A stretch of DNA of 64,000 nt from an uncultured Rhizobiaceae bacterium (GCA_964350815.1 CAYGKW010000001.1:3980-67979), one strand, 5' to 3'. Shown: positions 46,968-57,678, counted from the first letter of the stretch. Program-made: numbers and translations. Notes: generated by a model from the letters alone, not told the origin.

Positions 46968-47093
46968 TTAACCCTGATCCTTCTTTGCCCAGGCCTTGTT
47001 ATGTTTATCTTTATAACAATCACAGAACAGCGGTTCACAACTTGTCAAAGCGAAAAGCCCAAGTATGGCCAATAAAACTTTTTTTGATTTCAT
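46968..47093 (-). CDS. 41-aa Cys-rich lipoprotein, copy A
   Basis: AGGAGG RBS; MKSKKVLLAILGLFALTS-CEPLFCDCYKDKHNKAWAKKDQG; lipobox LTSC; below ORF-track cutoff. Confidence 0.88.
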   Translation of the reverse strand: MKSKKVLLAILGLFALTSCEPLFCDCYKDKHNKAWAKKDQG

Positions 47094-47119
47094 CTGATCC
47101 TCCTGTCATTTATTAATAT

Positions 47120-47145
47120 AAAAAAAAGGGGTTTCCCCCTTTTTA
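47120..47145. terminator. bidirectional intrinsic terminator
   Basis: A8-GGGG-TTTC-CCCC-T5. Confidence 0.65.
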
Positions 47146-47157
47146 TTTTCTATAGAC

Positions 47158-47513
47158 TTATTCAATTTCGCCATCATCAGGGGCTTGAACGAATTTCCAC
47201 CTGTCTTTTATAGGCAACCAAAGGACATTATCACCCATTCTTCTAATGTTTCTATCAGAAGGACTTTCTGGAAGAGTTCCTATAAATCTTACTTTTATAT
47301 TATGACGTCTATTTTCAATACTTGATATTGTTATTAATCTGGTTCTGCGGCTGCTGCTGGACCTGCTGCTGCTCCTGCTGGACCTGCTGGACCTGCTGCT
47401 GCCGCTCCTGCTGCTGCTTCTGCAGCTGCCCCATCTGCTGCTGCTGCTTTGGCAGTCGTAGCATTTAACATAAGCCCCATTATTAAAATAAAGATTAAAT
47501 TTATATATTTCAT
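47158..47513 (-). pseudogene. secreted Ala/Gly/Pro-rich protein, frameshifted near 47340
   Basis: ATG 47513 gives MKYINLIFILIMGLMLNATTAKA-AAADGAAAEAAAGAAAAGPAGPAGAAAGPAAAAEPD-stop (47334); an ATG-less frame continues RLITISSIENRRHNIKVRF...APDDGEIE-stop (47158). Confidence 0.7.
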
Positions 47514-47573
47514 TTTTTTACCTTCCTAATTGTTTACACATTTTTATTTATTATACTAAGCCTTCAATATTAT

Positions 47574-47699
47574 TCAACCCTGATCCTTCTTCGCCCAGGC
47601 CTTGTTGTGTTTGTCTTTATAACAATCACAGAACAACGGCTCACAGCTGGTTAAGGCGAAAAGTCCAAGCATGGCCAATAAAACTTTTTTTGATTTCAT
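47574..47699 (-). CDS. 41-aa Cys-rich lipoprotein, copy B
   Basis: AGGAGG RBS; identical to copy A except I10M. Confidence 0.88.
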   Translation of the reverse strand: MKSKKVLLAMLGLFALTSCEPLFCDCYKDKHNKAWAKKDQG

Positions 47700-47844
47700 C
47701 TAATCCTCCTGTTATTTCTTAATATTGTACATCATCTGCAACAGATGAAAACTTAATTTTTTTCCTTTGCTGCGACCAACGCTTTCCTGTTTTAATTCCT
47801 GATAAATATGCTATGGTAAAGTACTTATTTAAAAAGCATTAATC

Positions 47845-48918
47845 ATGAAAAAAACATACAAATCATCACACCTTATTTCTGCTGTTATCCTTTTTTCCAT
47901 TTTTATATGGTTTGGATCTGGATTTTTATTTCCTTCCACGTCAAAAGAAAATGTGATTGAGGAAAAATCAAAAACTTTTTCTGTTCAAGTAAAAGGGTCA
48001 GAAGCCATCCCCCACACCCTTAGCCTTGAATTAAATGGCAAAACCGAGGCTGGCCGCAAAGTAATCATCCGTGCAGAAACCGATGGAACAGTCGAAAAAC
48101 TGCATGTGACTGAGGGAGATTTTGTTAAAGAGGGCCAAAAATTAATCACATTGAAATTGGAAGATCGTAAAGAAAAACTACAAAGTGCCAAAGCCTTATT
48201 AAGCCAACGGGAATTAGAATATACCGCGGCCAAAAAGTTATCAAAGAAAAATTATCGATCCAAAACGTCTTTGGCAAAATCTTTGGCAGAGCTTGAAAAG
48301 GCCCGCGCCGATTATAAAAAAGCCCAGGTTGATATTAATAATTCTGTGATCAAGGCACCGTTTGATGGCATTTTAAATAAATATGATGTGGAAATTGGCG
48401 ATATTGTTTCAGAATTTTCAAACACCCCCCTTGCCACATTCGTTGAATTGAATCCCTTACTGATTGTTGTTCATGTGGAAGAAAAACATTACAAATATCT
48501 TGAAAAGGGCAAAAGTGTGGATGTTATTTTTGCAGATGGCACCAAGGCCCAAGGCATTATTTCATACATTTCAACAGTGGCTGATCCAAATACCCATACC
48601 TTTAGGATCGAAGTTAAAATAGACAATCCTGATTTTGAAATTCCTGCAGGTATTTCTGCATCTGTTAAATTACCTTTAAAAGAATCAATGGCACACAAGG
48701 TGCCTTCCAGTTCTTTGACTTTATCTGATGATGGTATTTACGGAATAAAAACAGTTGATGAATCAAATGTTGTAGAATTTTATCCAGCCGACTTAATTGA
48801 ATCTGGTAGTGAATGTTTATGGATTGCAGGCCTACCTGAAACCATAAGAATTATTACCGTTGGACACGAATTTGTAAAAGAAGGGAACACCGTTATCCCC
48901 GTGGAAACAAGCGAATAA
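47845..48918 (+). CDS. RND efflux periplasmic adaptor subunit
   Basis: IRAETDGTVEKL, IKAPFDGIL, ADPNTHTFRIEV. Confidence 0.92.
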   Translation: MKKTYKSSHLISAVILFSIFIWFGSGFLFPSTSKENVIEEKSKTFSVQVKGSEAIPHTLSLELNGKTEAGRKVIIRAETDGTVEKLHVTEGDFVKEGQKLITLKLEDRKEKLQSAKALLSQRELEYTAAKKLSKKNYRSKTSLAKSLAELEKARADYKKAQVDINNSVIKAPFDGILNKYDVEIGDIVSEFSNTPLATFVELNPLLIVVHVEEKHYKYLEKGKSVDVIFADGTKAQGIISYISTVADPNTHTFRIEVKIDNPDFEIPAGISASVKLPLKESMAHKVPSSSLTLSDDGIYGIKTVDESNVVEFYPADLIESGSECLWIAGLPETIRIITVGHEFVKEGNTVIPVETSE

Positions 48919-48921
48919 ACC

Positions 48922-51900
48922 ATGCATCAGTTAATTAATTTCTGCTTAAATCATGTTCGTACCGTCCTATTGCTCTTCTTCTTTTTGTTTATTGGGGGCC
49001 TTTATACCTATGTCACCATTCCAAAAGAATCTGCCCCAGATGTTAAAATTCCTATCGTCTATGTCAGTGTACATCACCAAGGGATTTCCCCCGAAGATTC
49101 TGAACGATTAATTTTAAAACCCATTGAACAGCATGTCCGTAGTGTCGAAGGGCTGAAAGAAGTCAAGGCCATCGCCAGCGAAGATTTCGGAACATTTATT
49201 TTAGAATTTTATGCTGGGCATAACATTGACAAAGCCATAGTGGATGTTCGCGACAAAATTGATACAGCCAAAGCAGATTTGCCCATGGATTCTGATGATC
49301 CCATTGTTAAAGAAATTAATATCAGCCTTTTTCCAGTTTTGGTCATACAACTTGCCGGTGATATTCCTGAACGCACTCTATTTAATATTGGGCGGGATTT
49401 ACAAGATGAAATTGAAACCATCAAAAGTGTTTTAGAAGCCAAAGTTTTAGGAAATCGTGAAGAAGTTGTGGAAATTATTATTAATCCCATGCTTCTTGAA
49501 AGTTTTGATATATCCCTGGCTGATGTGATGCGATTATTTGCCAATAATAATATTATGGTACCTTCAGGAAACATTAAATCCGGGGCTGGAAGTTTTATGT
49601 TAAAAGCCCCCGGCCTTTTAGAAACGGTTCAAGATATTGCCAACTTGCCCCTAAAAACAAGCGGGACAGATTCTGTTCTTCGATTAAAAGATGTGGCAAG
49701 TGTCAAGCGAACGTATAAAGACAGATTATCTTATGCCCGGGATAAAGGACGCCCTGCGATTGTTGTCGAAGTATCAAAACGCATGGGCGAAAATATTATC
49801 GAAACAATTGAACAAGTTCGTGAAAAAACAATTGAATTCCTAAAACCCTATAAAGGAAAAATTTCTGTGACATTTGCCCAGGATGATTCGCAACGTATTC
49901 GCGATATGTTATCAGAACTGCAAAACAATATTATCATGGCTATTATTTTGGTCATGATTATTATCATCACAGCCCTGGGCTGGCGATCTGGTTTGCTTGT
50001 GGGGGCTGCCATTCCAACCTCTTTCCTTGCAGGGATTTTTATTCTTGGATTAATGGGCCACACCCTAAATATTGTTGTGCTTTTCAGCTTGATTTTATCA
50101 GTTGGTATGCTGGTTGACGGGGCCATCATTGTGGTTGAATATGCCGACCGAAAAATGCTTGAAGGCAAAAATAAACTGGATGCCTATAAAGAAGCCTCAA
50201 TCCGAATGGCTCTACCTGTTATCACATCAACTGTCACTGTTTTGGTTGTATTTATGCCCTTACTTTTCTGGCCAGGGGTTGTGGGGCAATTTATGAAATT
50301 CATGCCCATCACATTAATTGCCACCTTAACATCCTCTCTGTTTGTGGCACTGATTTTCATTCCTGCCTTGGGCAGTTTATTTGGAAATGCGGCACAGTCA
50401 AATAAAGACGCCATCAAATCAATTATTGCTGCTGAAACAGGTAAAATCGAAGACATCAAAGGCATCGCCGGATATTATGTTAAAACTCTTAAAGATTTTA
50501 TTGAAATGCCCGGGAAGACTTTAATTGGATCCTGTGTCATTTTATATGCCGTTATTTTCACATACTCCCACCTTGGGCGTGGGATTGAATTTTTCCCAAA
50601 TATTGAACCGGATTCTGCCATCTATATGGTAAAGGCCCGGGGGAATTTATCAGTACAAGAGAAAGATCGACTTGTTAAAAAAGTGGAAAATCAAATTATC
50701 AATACAAAAGAATTTAAAACGGTTTACACCAAATCCGGCAATTTACAAAATCGAGAATTTTCCGAAGATACAGTTGGTGCCATTACGGTAGAATTAATTC
50801 ATTGGCAAAGCCGTGACAAGGCCAATGTGGTTTTGGAACGCACCTTAAAAAATATCAATAATATTCCAGGTATTATTGTTGAATTAAAAATTAATAAAAA
50901 GGGGCCCCAAAAAGGCAAACCCATTGATATTGAAATTTCATCTGATGATTATGATTTATTGGCGCCCGAAGTTGATCGTATTGAAAATTATTTAACAACT
51001 GTTAAAGGAATTGAAGACATTGAAGATTCAAGGCCCAAACCTGGGATTGAATGGGAATTAAAAATTGATCGGGCCGAGGCTGGAAAATATGGCGCCGATG
51101 TTACAGGTATTGGGGCTGTTACCCAACTTGTGGCAGATGGAATGAAATTTGGAACGTATCGTCCAGAAGACAGTCGTGATGAAATTGATGTGGTTGTACG
51201 TTTTCCAGAAAAATATCGCAATTTAGATCAGTTAGATCAAATACGCATTCAAAATGAAAATGGGCAAGTTCCCATTACAAACTTTGTAAAACGCATTGCA
51301 AAACAACGGGTGGCGTCTATTGAACGCATTGATGGAAAACCTTACATGGATGTTCAGGCCAATGTAAACAGTAAGTTTTTGGTGGATAACAAGGTTAAAG
51401 AAATCCAAAAATGGTTGGGAAAAAATCCTGGCAATAAAAAAGTTAAAATCACTTTTAAAGGCGAAGAAGAAGATAAAAAAGAAACTGGGTCATTCTTAAT
51501 GAAGGCCTTTATGGTTGCAATCTTTTTAATCATTATTATTCTGGTCACCCAGTTCAACAGTTTTTTCAGCACCATGCTGGTCATCAGTTCTATTGGTCTT
51601 TCAACCGTTGGGGTGTTGGTTGGTCTGCTTGTTATGAATCAAGCCTTTAGCATTGTCATGAGTGGGATTGGCGTCATCGCCCTGGCCGGAATTATTGTCA
51701 GTAACAACATTATTTTCATCGATACCTTTGACGATTTGAAAAACAAAACAAAGAATAAAACCGAAGCGATTTTAAGAACAGCGGCCCAACGTTTGCGCCC
51801 CATATTGCTAACTCAGATCACAACGATCTTAGGATTAATGCCAATTCTGTTCCGGATGGATATTGATTTCTTATCGCGATATATCACCATTGGTGCGCCC

Positions 51901-52032
51901 TCCAGTGAATGGTGGGTACAACTGGCCAGTGCCATTGTCTTTGGGGTTTTCTTTGCGTCAATTTTTACCTTGATTGTCACCCCTTGTGCCTTGCAACTGC
52001 GCGAAAATTATCGCACTTGGCGTCAAAGATAA
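48922..52032 (+). CDS. AcrB/AcrD/AcrF family RND transporter
   Basis: 1036 aa; VGMLVDGAIIVVE, GIIVSNNIIFID, RLRPILLTQITTILGLMP. Confidence 0.95.
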   Translation: MHQLINFCLNHVRTVLLLFFFLFIGGLYTYVTIPKESAPDVKIPIVYVSVHHQGISPEDSERLILKPIEQHVRSVEGLKEVKAIASEDFGTFILEFYAGHNIDKAIVDVRDKIDTAKADLPMDSDDPIVKEINISLFPVLVIQLAGDIPERTLFNIGRDLQDEIETIKSVLEAKVLGNREEVVEIIINPMLLESFDISLADVMRLFANNNIMVPSGNIKSGAGSFMLKAPGLLETVQDIANLPLKTSGTDSVLRLKDVASVKRTYKDRLSYARDKGRPAIVVEVSKRMGENIIETIEQVREKTIEFLKPYKGKISVTFAQDDSQRIRDMLSELQNNIIMAIILVMIIIITALGWRSGLLVGAAIPTSFLAGIFILGLMGHTLNIVVLFSLILSVGMLVDGAIIVVEYADRKMLEGKNKLDAYKEASIRMALPVITSTVTVLVVFMPLLFWPGVVGQFMKFMPITLIATLTSSLFVALIFIPALGSLFGNAAQSNKDAIKSIIAAETGKIEDIKGIAGYYVKTLKDFIEMPGKTLIGSCVILYAVIFTYSHLGRGIEFFPNIEPDSAIYMVKARGNLSVQEKDRLVKKVENQIINTKEFKTVYTKSGNLQNREFSEDTVGAITVELIHWQSRDKANVVLERTLKNINNIPGIIVELKINKKGPQKGKPIDIEISSDDYDLLAPEVDRIENYLTTVKGIEDIEDSRPKPGIEWELKIDRAEAGKYGADVTGIGAVTQLVADGMKFGTYRPEDSRDEIDVVVRFPEKYRNLDQLDQIRIQNENGQVPITNFVKRIAKQRVASIERIDGKPYMDVQANVNSKFLVDNKVKEIQKWLGKNPGNKKVKITFKGEEEDKKETGSFLMKAFMVAIFLIIIILVTQFNSFFSTMLVISSIGLSTVGVLVGLLVMNQAFSIVMSGIGVIALAGIIVSNNIIFIDTFDDLKNKTKNKTEAILRTAAQRLRPILLTQITTILGLMPILFRMDIDFLSRYITIGAPSSEWWVQLASAIVFGVFFASIFTLIVTPCALQLRENYRTWRQR

Positions 52033-52108
52033 AATACAGCCTTTATCCCCTTGAAATAAAAATATTATTAAGTATATGTATATTCGCTAATTTTTATGGG
52101 ATATCAAC

Positions 52109-52972
52109 ATGTATAAACTTTTTCTATTATTTATTTTTCTATCTGCAAAAACATATGGCGCTGCGGCTTTTTCTACAGAACCCGATGCTGCTGCAAGCGC
52201 TTCAGCCTCATCAAAACCTGTTAGTGCAACGGAAACTGGCACAGTTATTCATGAAACGGCGGGCCATATTCCTTACTATTTCAGGGCAGATCCTGTAACA
52301 GAAGATTTTATAGAAAATCTGAAAGAATACCAAGCCGCTGAAAAAAAACTTTTTTCTGCTTATTCTGAAGACTTATTACCTGGACTTTCTGCTGAGGACA
52401 GAAAGAAAAAAGAAACAATTATTGGAAGCTGTGAAAGAGTTTTAGATGATCTTGTTAAATATGCAAGCATACACTACTCCCGTACAGATACTTGGATTAT
52501 GTCTGTTATAAGAAAAGAAGATGAAGCACCTTTAATGCGTGTATGTGCCAAAACATGTTCTCGTTCTAAATTTACACACCATATCGGTATATGCCAAAGC
52601 TTCGCACGCTTTGTTAGCGATGATACACCCAAAGGATTATCATTAATACTACACGGTTTTGCCGCTGATTTTATGATTAAGCGTGAATCCAAAAGAGAAT
52701 CAGGTTACATGATAACTACACCTACAAAGATCATGGATGATATACTGTCAGAAACTTTGGGGGGGTGTTACACAAAATCAAAACTTGGGCATGGCAGAGA
52801 AGGTTTTTACATTGAACTTCACGCAAGATCTAGAGCTAAATTTATAGTGGATATAGTTATGTTGGATAAAGAAAACGACTCTTGGATACATGATCTACAT
52901 CTACGTGATAAAGCATCAAGCCTTAAAGCTTTACAAAAAAAATTTTTAGAGGCTTTGGCGGCCCCAGCTTAG
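52109..52972 (+). CDS. hypothetical secreted protein
   Basis: Signal peptide MYKLFLLFIFLSAKTYG followed by Ala/Ser-rich linker; 287 aa. Confidence 0.72.
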   Translation: MYKLFLLFIFLSAKTYGAAAFSTEPDAAASASASSKPVSATETGTVIHETAGHIPYYFRADPVTEDFIENLKEYQAAEKKLFSAYSEDLLPGLSAEDRKKKETIIGSCERVLDDLVKYASIHYSRTDTWIMSVIRKEDEAPLMRVCAKTCSRSKFTHHIGICQSFARFVSDDTPKGLSLILHGFAADFMIKRESKRESGYMITTPTKIMDDILSETLGGCYTKSKLGHGREGFYIELHARSRAKFIVDIVMLDKENDSWIHDLHLRDKASSLKALQKKFLEALAAPA

Positions 52973-53027
52973 CTTGATAAAACATAGTAAGGTAAACATA
53001 ATTGTTAAACTTAAGTCCTTTATCCCC

Positions 53028-53924
53028 CTAGGACCTTGGATGGGCCTTAGTATAAATCTGTTTCAATTTCTCTCGATTAATATCGGCATACCGTTGGGTG
53101 GTGGATAATGACGCATGGCCAAGAAGTTCTTGGATGGTACGTAAATCACCATCGGCCTCCAGTAAATGTGTGGCAAATGTATGACGCAAAGCATGGGGGG
53201 TTACTGTTTCAGGTAATCCTATTTTCCGGCGAATATCGCGGATTTGTTTTTCTGCAACACTGATATTAAGACGCTTACCTTTTGCCCCATAAAACAAGGG
53301 ACCCGAATCAAAAGGGCACATACCTTGGTACTTTTCAATGGCACTTTTTACAACTGGCAATACAGGAACAATGCGTTCTTTGTTTCCTTTTCCCTTGATG
53401 CGTAAGACAGTTTCAGTTACATCTTTTTGGTCCAACCCCAAGGCTTCACTAATACGCAAACCACATCCATAAAGAAGGGTGAACAACGCCAAATTTCGTT
53501 GATTAACCCAATCAATTTTATCATCATGTTCAAACGAATCCAGTAAGCCAGTTGCTTGTGTTTTTGACAATCCCCGTGGAATTGACTTTGGAATTTTGGG
53601 GGATCTTATATTTTGAATAATGGGATTGTGTAAAATATCTTGATGATCTAAGTATTTATAAAAACTACGCACCACACTTAAGGCCCGCGCGATGGAAGAT
53701 TTGGCCAATTGCTTTTCATTCATGTGGCCAAGCCATGCCCGAAAATCAGATGCTTTTAAATTTTCCAAAGTTTTTAAGGTGGGTTCTTCGCCCTGATAAT
53801 GGGTGATGAAAAACAAGAATTGATCCAAGTCTTTTTGATAAGCCAGAAAAGTATTGGTGGATAACTGGCGTTCTGATTTCACCCATATTATCCACCGTTC
53901 AATAACTTGTTCAATGTCTTGCAT
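53028..53924 (-). CDS. xerC: tyrosine recombinase XerC
   Basis: YGCGLRISEAL, TPHALRHTFATHLL..DGDLRTIQELLGHASLSTTQRY. Confidence 0.93.
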   Translation of the reverse strand: MQDIEQVIERWIIWVKSERQLSTNTFLAYQKDLDQFLFFITHYQGEEPTLKTLENLKASDFRAWLGHMNEKQLAKSSIARALSVVRSFYKYLDHQDILHNPIIQNIRSPKIPKSIPRGLSKTQATGLLDSFEHDDKIDWVNQRNLALFTLLYGCGLRISEALGLDQKDVTETVLRIKGKGNKERIVPVLPVVKSAIEKYQGMCPFDSGPLFYGAKGKRLNISVAEKQIRDIRRKIGLPETVTPHALRHTFATHLLEADGDLRTIQELLGHASLSTTQRYADINREKLKQIYTKAHPRS

Positions 53925-54586
53925 TAATCTTCAATAATTGACTGTCCTGTGGATTGCCAATCTTTCAAAAAGACATCCAGTCCTTTATCTGTCAGCGGAT
54001 GCTTCACCAATTGCCTTAAAACTTTTGCAGGAACCGTGGCCACATCTGCCCCAATTTCTGCAACCTGTTTTACATGTAACGGGTGACGCAATGATGCTGC
54101 CAAAACCTGTGTTGTAATTTCAGGATAGTTATCATAAATTTGGCAAATTTCCCCGATCAAATTCATCCCGTCTTGACCGATATCATCCAGACGTCCGATG
54201 AATGGGGAAATAAAAGTTGCCCCTGCTTTTGCGGCCAACAAGGCTTGCATTGCGGAAAAACACAATGTCACATTCACCAAAATATCGTCTTGGCGCAGGC
54301 GGTAACAAGCCTTCAAACCTTCTTCTGTTAAGGGAACTTTGATGCAAACATTATCTGCAATCTTGGCCAAATATTTTCCCTCTCTCACCATGCCTTCAAC
54401 ATCTGTTGCGGTAACTTCGGCACTTACCGGCCCTTCGACTGCTGCACAAATGTCTGCAATTACATCTTTGAACTTTCGCCCTGTCTTCGCGATAATGGAT
54501 GGGTTAGTTGTTACCCCATCAACAAGTCCCATTTCGGCAAGTTCCTTAATTTCTTTTACATCTGCGCCATCTACAAAAAACTTCAT
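53924..54586 (-). CDS. fsa: transaldolase / fructose-6-phosphate aldolase family
   Basis: [38 protein letters not shown]; start ATG 54586. Confidence 0.9.
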   Translation of the reverse strand: MKFFVDGADVKEIKELAEMGLVDGVTTNPSIIAKTGRKFKDVIADICAAVEGPVSAEVTATDVEGMVREGKYLAKIADNVCIKVPLTEEGLKACYRLRQDDILVNVTLCFSAMQALLAAKAGATFISPFIGRLDDIGQDGMNLIGEICQIYDNYPEITTQVLAASLRHPLHVKQVAEIGADVATVPAKVLRQLVKHPLTDKGLDVFLKDWQSTGQSIIED

Positions 54587-54632
54587 TTTAATCCTCTTGT
54601 GTTTGAATTTGTATAATATACTATACAAAAAT

Positions 54633-56615
54633 ATGGATACAATGTCAGGTAAATTTGTAAAAGTTATCATTCCACAGAAGATAGATTTCCCCTTAACTTA
54701 TGGGATACCTAACGGTATGGCTGTGCAAATTGGGAATTATGTAAAAGTTCCTTTTCGCAGTAAAGATCAATGGGGCATTGTATGGGATATAAATTCCACT
54801 TCAGACGTGCCCCCAAGCAAGATCAAAAATATTATCGACATATCCCCCCTTCCCGCCATGAATGAAACAAATCGAAACTTCATTAACTGGGTGGCAAAAT
54901 ATACAATGTCGCCTATTGGTTTTGTTGCAAAAATGGCCATGGGGCATTCAGAATATTTTGAAAAAATGAAAGCCCCTGAAATCCAAACGCCGGAAATAAA
55001 TTTGGCAACTTTGGATGGTATTCAAAAATCTGCTGCAGAAAAATTGTCAGCGGCAGTCAGTGGAAAAACATTCAAACCCATTGTTCTGGAAGGTGTTACA
55101 GGATCGGGTAAAACCGAAGTTTATTTTAAAGCCATTGAAACCTGTTTAAACCAAAACCAACAATCCCTTATTTTACTGCCTGAAATTTCCTTAAGCACCC
55201 AATGGTTGGATCGTTTCAAAAAACGTTTTGGGTTTGACCCGGTTGTATGGCATTCCGATATAACAAAAGCAAAAAAACGTAATGCGTGGCAAGCCATCGT
55301 TCAAAACAAGGCACCAATTGTTGTTGGGGCAAGGTCATCGTTATTTATTCCTTACCCAAAACTTGGATTAATTATCGTAGACGAAGAACATGACAGCAGT
55401 TTCAAACAAGAAACCCAAGTGATTTATAATGCCAGGGATATGGCCATCAAGCGGGCAAGTCTGGAACCCTGCCCCATTGTTTTATCTTCTGCCACCCCTT
55501 GTGTTGAAACACTTTATAATGCTGAAATTAAAAAATACGATCATGTACATCTGCCCAATCGGCATGGCAAAGCCCAAGTGCCTGATGTTCAATTAATTGA
55601 TATGCGTAATGAAGATGTGAAAGCGGGATCCAGTTGGTTATCCCCCAAATTAATTAATGAAATCAAAGAAACATTGGCCAATAACAACCAGGTTTTATTG
55701 TTCATGAATCGACGTGGGTATGCCCCCTTGGCTTTGTGTCGGGCTTGCGGCCATCGTCTTCAGTGTCCAAGTTGTTCTGCATGGCTGGTTTATCATAAAT
55801 ATCAAAATCAAATCCAATGTCATCACTGTGATTTTCATGCCCCGTTGCCTAAAACATGTGATAATTGCGAAGAAACAAACTCGTTCATATTGTATGGCCC
55901 AGGGGTGGAACGTATTGCAGAAGAACTGGAATCAAAACTTCCAAACCAATCCTATGAAATTATTTCCAGCGATCTTTTAACCACACCAAAAAAAATGCGC
56001 GAAGCCTTTGATCGCATTGAATCCGGGCAAGTTAAAATTGTTATTGGTACGCAAATCATGGCAAAGGGGCACCACTTTCCAAATTTAACTTTGGTAGGTG
56101 TTGTGGATGCCGATCTTGGTTTGGTTGGGGGGGATCTGCGTGCCGCGGAAAGAACTTTTCAAATATTACACCAAGTCGCTGGGCGTGCAGGACGCGCAGA
56201 ACAACCAGGGAAGGTTTTTCTGCAAACCTATAATCCAGATCATCCTATGATGAAATCTTTACAAGAACAAGATTATGCAACCTTTATAGGCATGGAAAAA
56301 GATCATAGGAAAGAGGCAGGCCTTCCCCCCTATGGGCAGTTGGGTGCCCTGATTGTTTCTTCACAATCCATCGATTATGGCGAAGCCCTTTGTCAAAAGT
56401 TAAGTCGGGCCATCCCCAACCATAAATCCATCGCAGTTTTGGGCCCATCACCTGCCCCAATGCATCAATTAAAGGGATGGTATCGCTGGCGATTTTTGAT
56501 TAAAGGATCCAAAACGGACAAAATTCAACCTTATATTGATCAATGGATTGGCAAAATTCAAATACCTTCTGCGGCAAAAATTCAAGTCGATATTGATCCG
56601 TATTCTTTTATGTAG
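54633..56615 (+). CDS. priA: primosomal protein N'
   Basis: [21 protein letters not shown], CxxC zinc motifs, QVAGRAGR; start ATG 54633 or 54642. Confidence 0.96.
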   Translation: MDTMSGKFVKVIIPQKIDFPLTYGIPNGMAVQIGNYVKVPFRSKDQWGIVWDINSTSDVPPSKIKNIIDISPLPAMNETNRNFINWVAKYTMSPIGFVAKMAMGHSEYFEKMKAPEIQTPEINLATLDGIQKSAAEKLSAAVSGKTFKPIVLEGVTGSGKTEVYFKAIETCLNQNQQSLILLPEISLSTQWLDRFKKRFGFDPVVWHSDITKAKKRNAWQAIVQNKAPIVVGARSSLFIPYPKLGLIIVDEEHDSSFKQETQVIYNARDMAIKRASLEPCPIVLSSATPCVETLYNAEIKKYDHVHLPNRHGKAQVPDVQLIDMRNEDVKAGSSWLSPKLINEIKETLANNNQVLLFMNRRGYAPLALCRACGHRLQCPSCSAWLVYHKYQNQIQCHHCDFHAPLPKTCDNCEETNSFILYGPGVERIAEELESKLPNQSYEIISSDLLTTPKKMREAFDRIESGQVKIVIGTQIMAKGHHFPNLTLVGVVDADLGLVGGDLRAAERTFQILHQVAGRAGRAEQPGKVFLQTYNPDHPMMKSLQEQDYATFIGMEKDHRKEAGLPPYGQLGALIVSSQSIDYGEALCQKLSRAIPNHKSIAVLGPSPAPMHQLKGWYRWRFLIKGSKTDKIQPYIDQWIGKIQIPSAAKIQVDIDPYSFM

Positions 56616-56679
56616 TGTTTTATTACCCTTGCCCGAAAAACATAAATGCGTTAAATTTTATGTAATCAAAAGGGTCGAT

Positions 56680-57678
56680 ATGAAACAATTTTTTAACCTA
56701 TTTTTTCTAATTTCAATACTTCTTGCAAACACAACTTTTGCAGAAGACCAACCTACAGAATATGTAAGCCCCGAAAGATTAAGGGCTGATCTTGATCGCT
56801 TGGAAAAATATGTTCATAAAAAATTGGGCCTTAATGATTTAGAACATCCAACAGGCACACCCGTGGAAAAGATCGAAGTTGATAACAACAAACCTGATTC
56901 CATTTATGACAAAGGAAAACTTTCCCACCTTCACGCAAAGCTTGATGATCAAAATCAATTGGTGGCAGATCTTTTGGATCGTATTGAAAGACTTGAACAT
57001 CAAGATAGTATTTCCAAAAAAGGCAGTGAAAAGAAAAATGAAGAAATTCAAAATTTGAAAGAACACATTTCATCCCTGCAAGAACAACTTGATCTAACAA
57101 CACTTGAAGTTGAAAAATTACGGGGGGCAGTCAAGCATGTCCAACCTGAAACTTCCACTGAAGCTTCGATGAAAAATGAATACTCTAAAACAGAGGATAA
57201 AACAGAAGAACAGCCTTTAGAGGAAAAAGCTGAAAAAATGCCTGTTCTTGAAACAGAGGCAGATCTTGATATTGACTTAGATGGAAAATCTGAAGACGAA
57301 GTGTTTTCAATGGCAGAAAAACATCTTGCAGCAGCTGACTATAAAAAAGCAAAAATCATTTTTAATTTTTATATTAATATGGATATACCAGAGGCAAAAA
57401 AAGCCAAAGCACATTATTACCTTGGCGAAATTTACAAATTATCCGATCAATCTGGAAAAGCATCTGAACATTATTTACAAGCCTTCCAGGCAGATCCAAC
57501 CAGCACTGAAGCGCCAGAAAGTTTAATAAAATTAGGCATTTGTCTGCATGACGGTGGAAAAGCAAAAGCCGGGTGTTCTGCCCTTAAAAAGGCGAAGTCT
57601 GAATATCCCAAAATGACAGGGGCATCCAAATCCTTATTAGATGCCAAATTGAAAGAATTCAAGTGTCCTGCAAACTAG
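56680..57678 (+). CDS. cpoB: CpoB/YbgF-like TPR periplasmic protein
   Basis: Signal peptide, coiled coil, C-terminal TPR (AHYYLGEIY, APESLIKLG, GC); precedes tilS-ftsH; start ATG 56680. Confidence 0.78.
   Translation: MKQFFNLFFLISILLANTTFAEDQPTEYVSPERLRADLDRLEKYVHKKLGLNDLEHPTGTPVEKIEVDNNKPDSIYDKGKLSHLHAKLDDQNQLVADLLDRIERLEHQDSISKKGSEKKNEEIQNLKEHISSLQEQLDLTTLEVEKLRGAVKHVQPETSTEASMKNEYSKTEDKTEEQPLEEKAEKMPVLETEADLDIDLDGKSEDEVFSMAEKHLAAADYKKAKIIFNFYINMDIPEAKKAKAHYYLGEIYKLSDQSGKASEHYLQAFQADPTSTEAPESLIKLGICLHDGGKAKAGCSALKKAKSEYPKMTGASKSLLDAKLKEFKCPAN

Noticed and set aside
46968-47710. Direct repeats considered as a CRISPR array or IS ends
   Set aside because: Only two ~140-bp copies, differences concentrated at third codon positions, no cas or transposase gene; they are duplicated coding genes.
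54339-54632. N-terminal ~98-aa extension of the priA ORF
   Set aside because: It is the antisense shadow of the transaldolase/fsa gene; PriA-like sequence begins at ATG 54633/54642.
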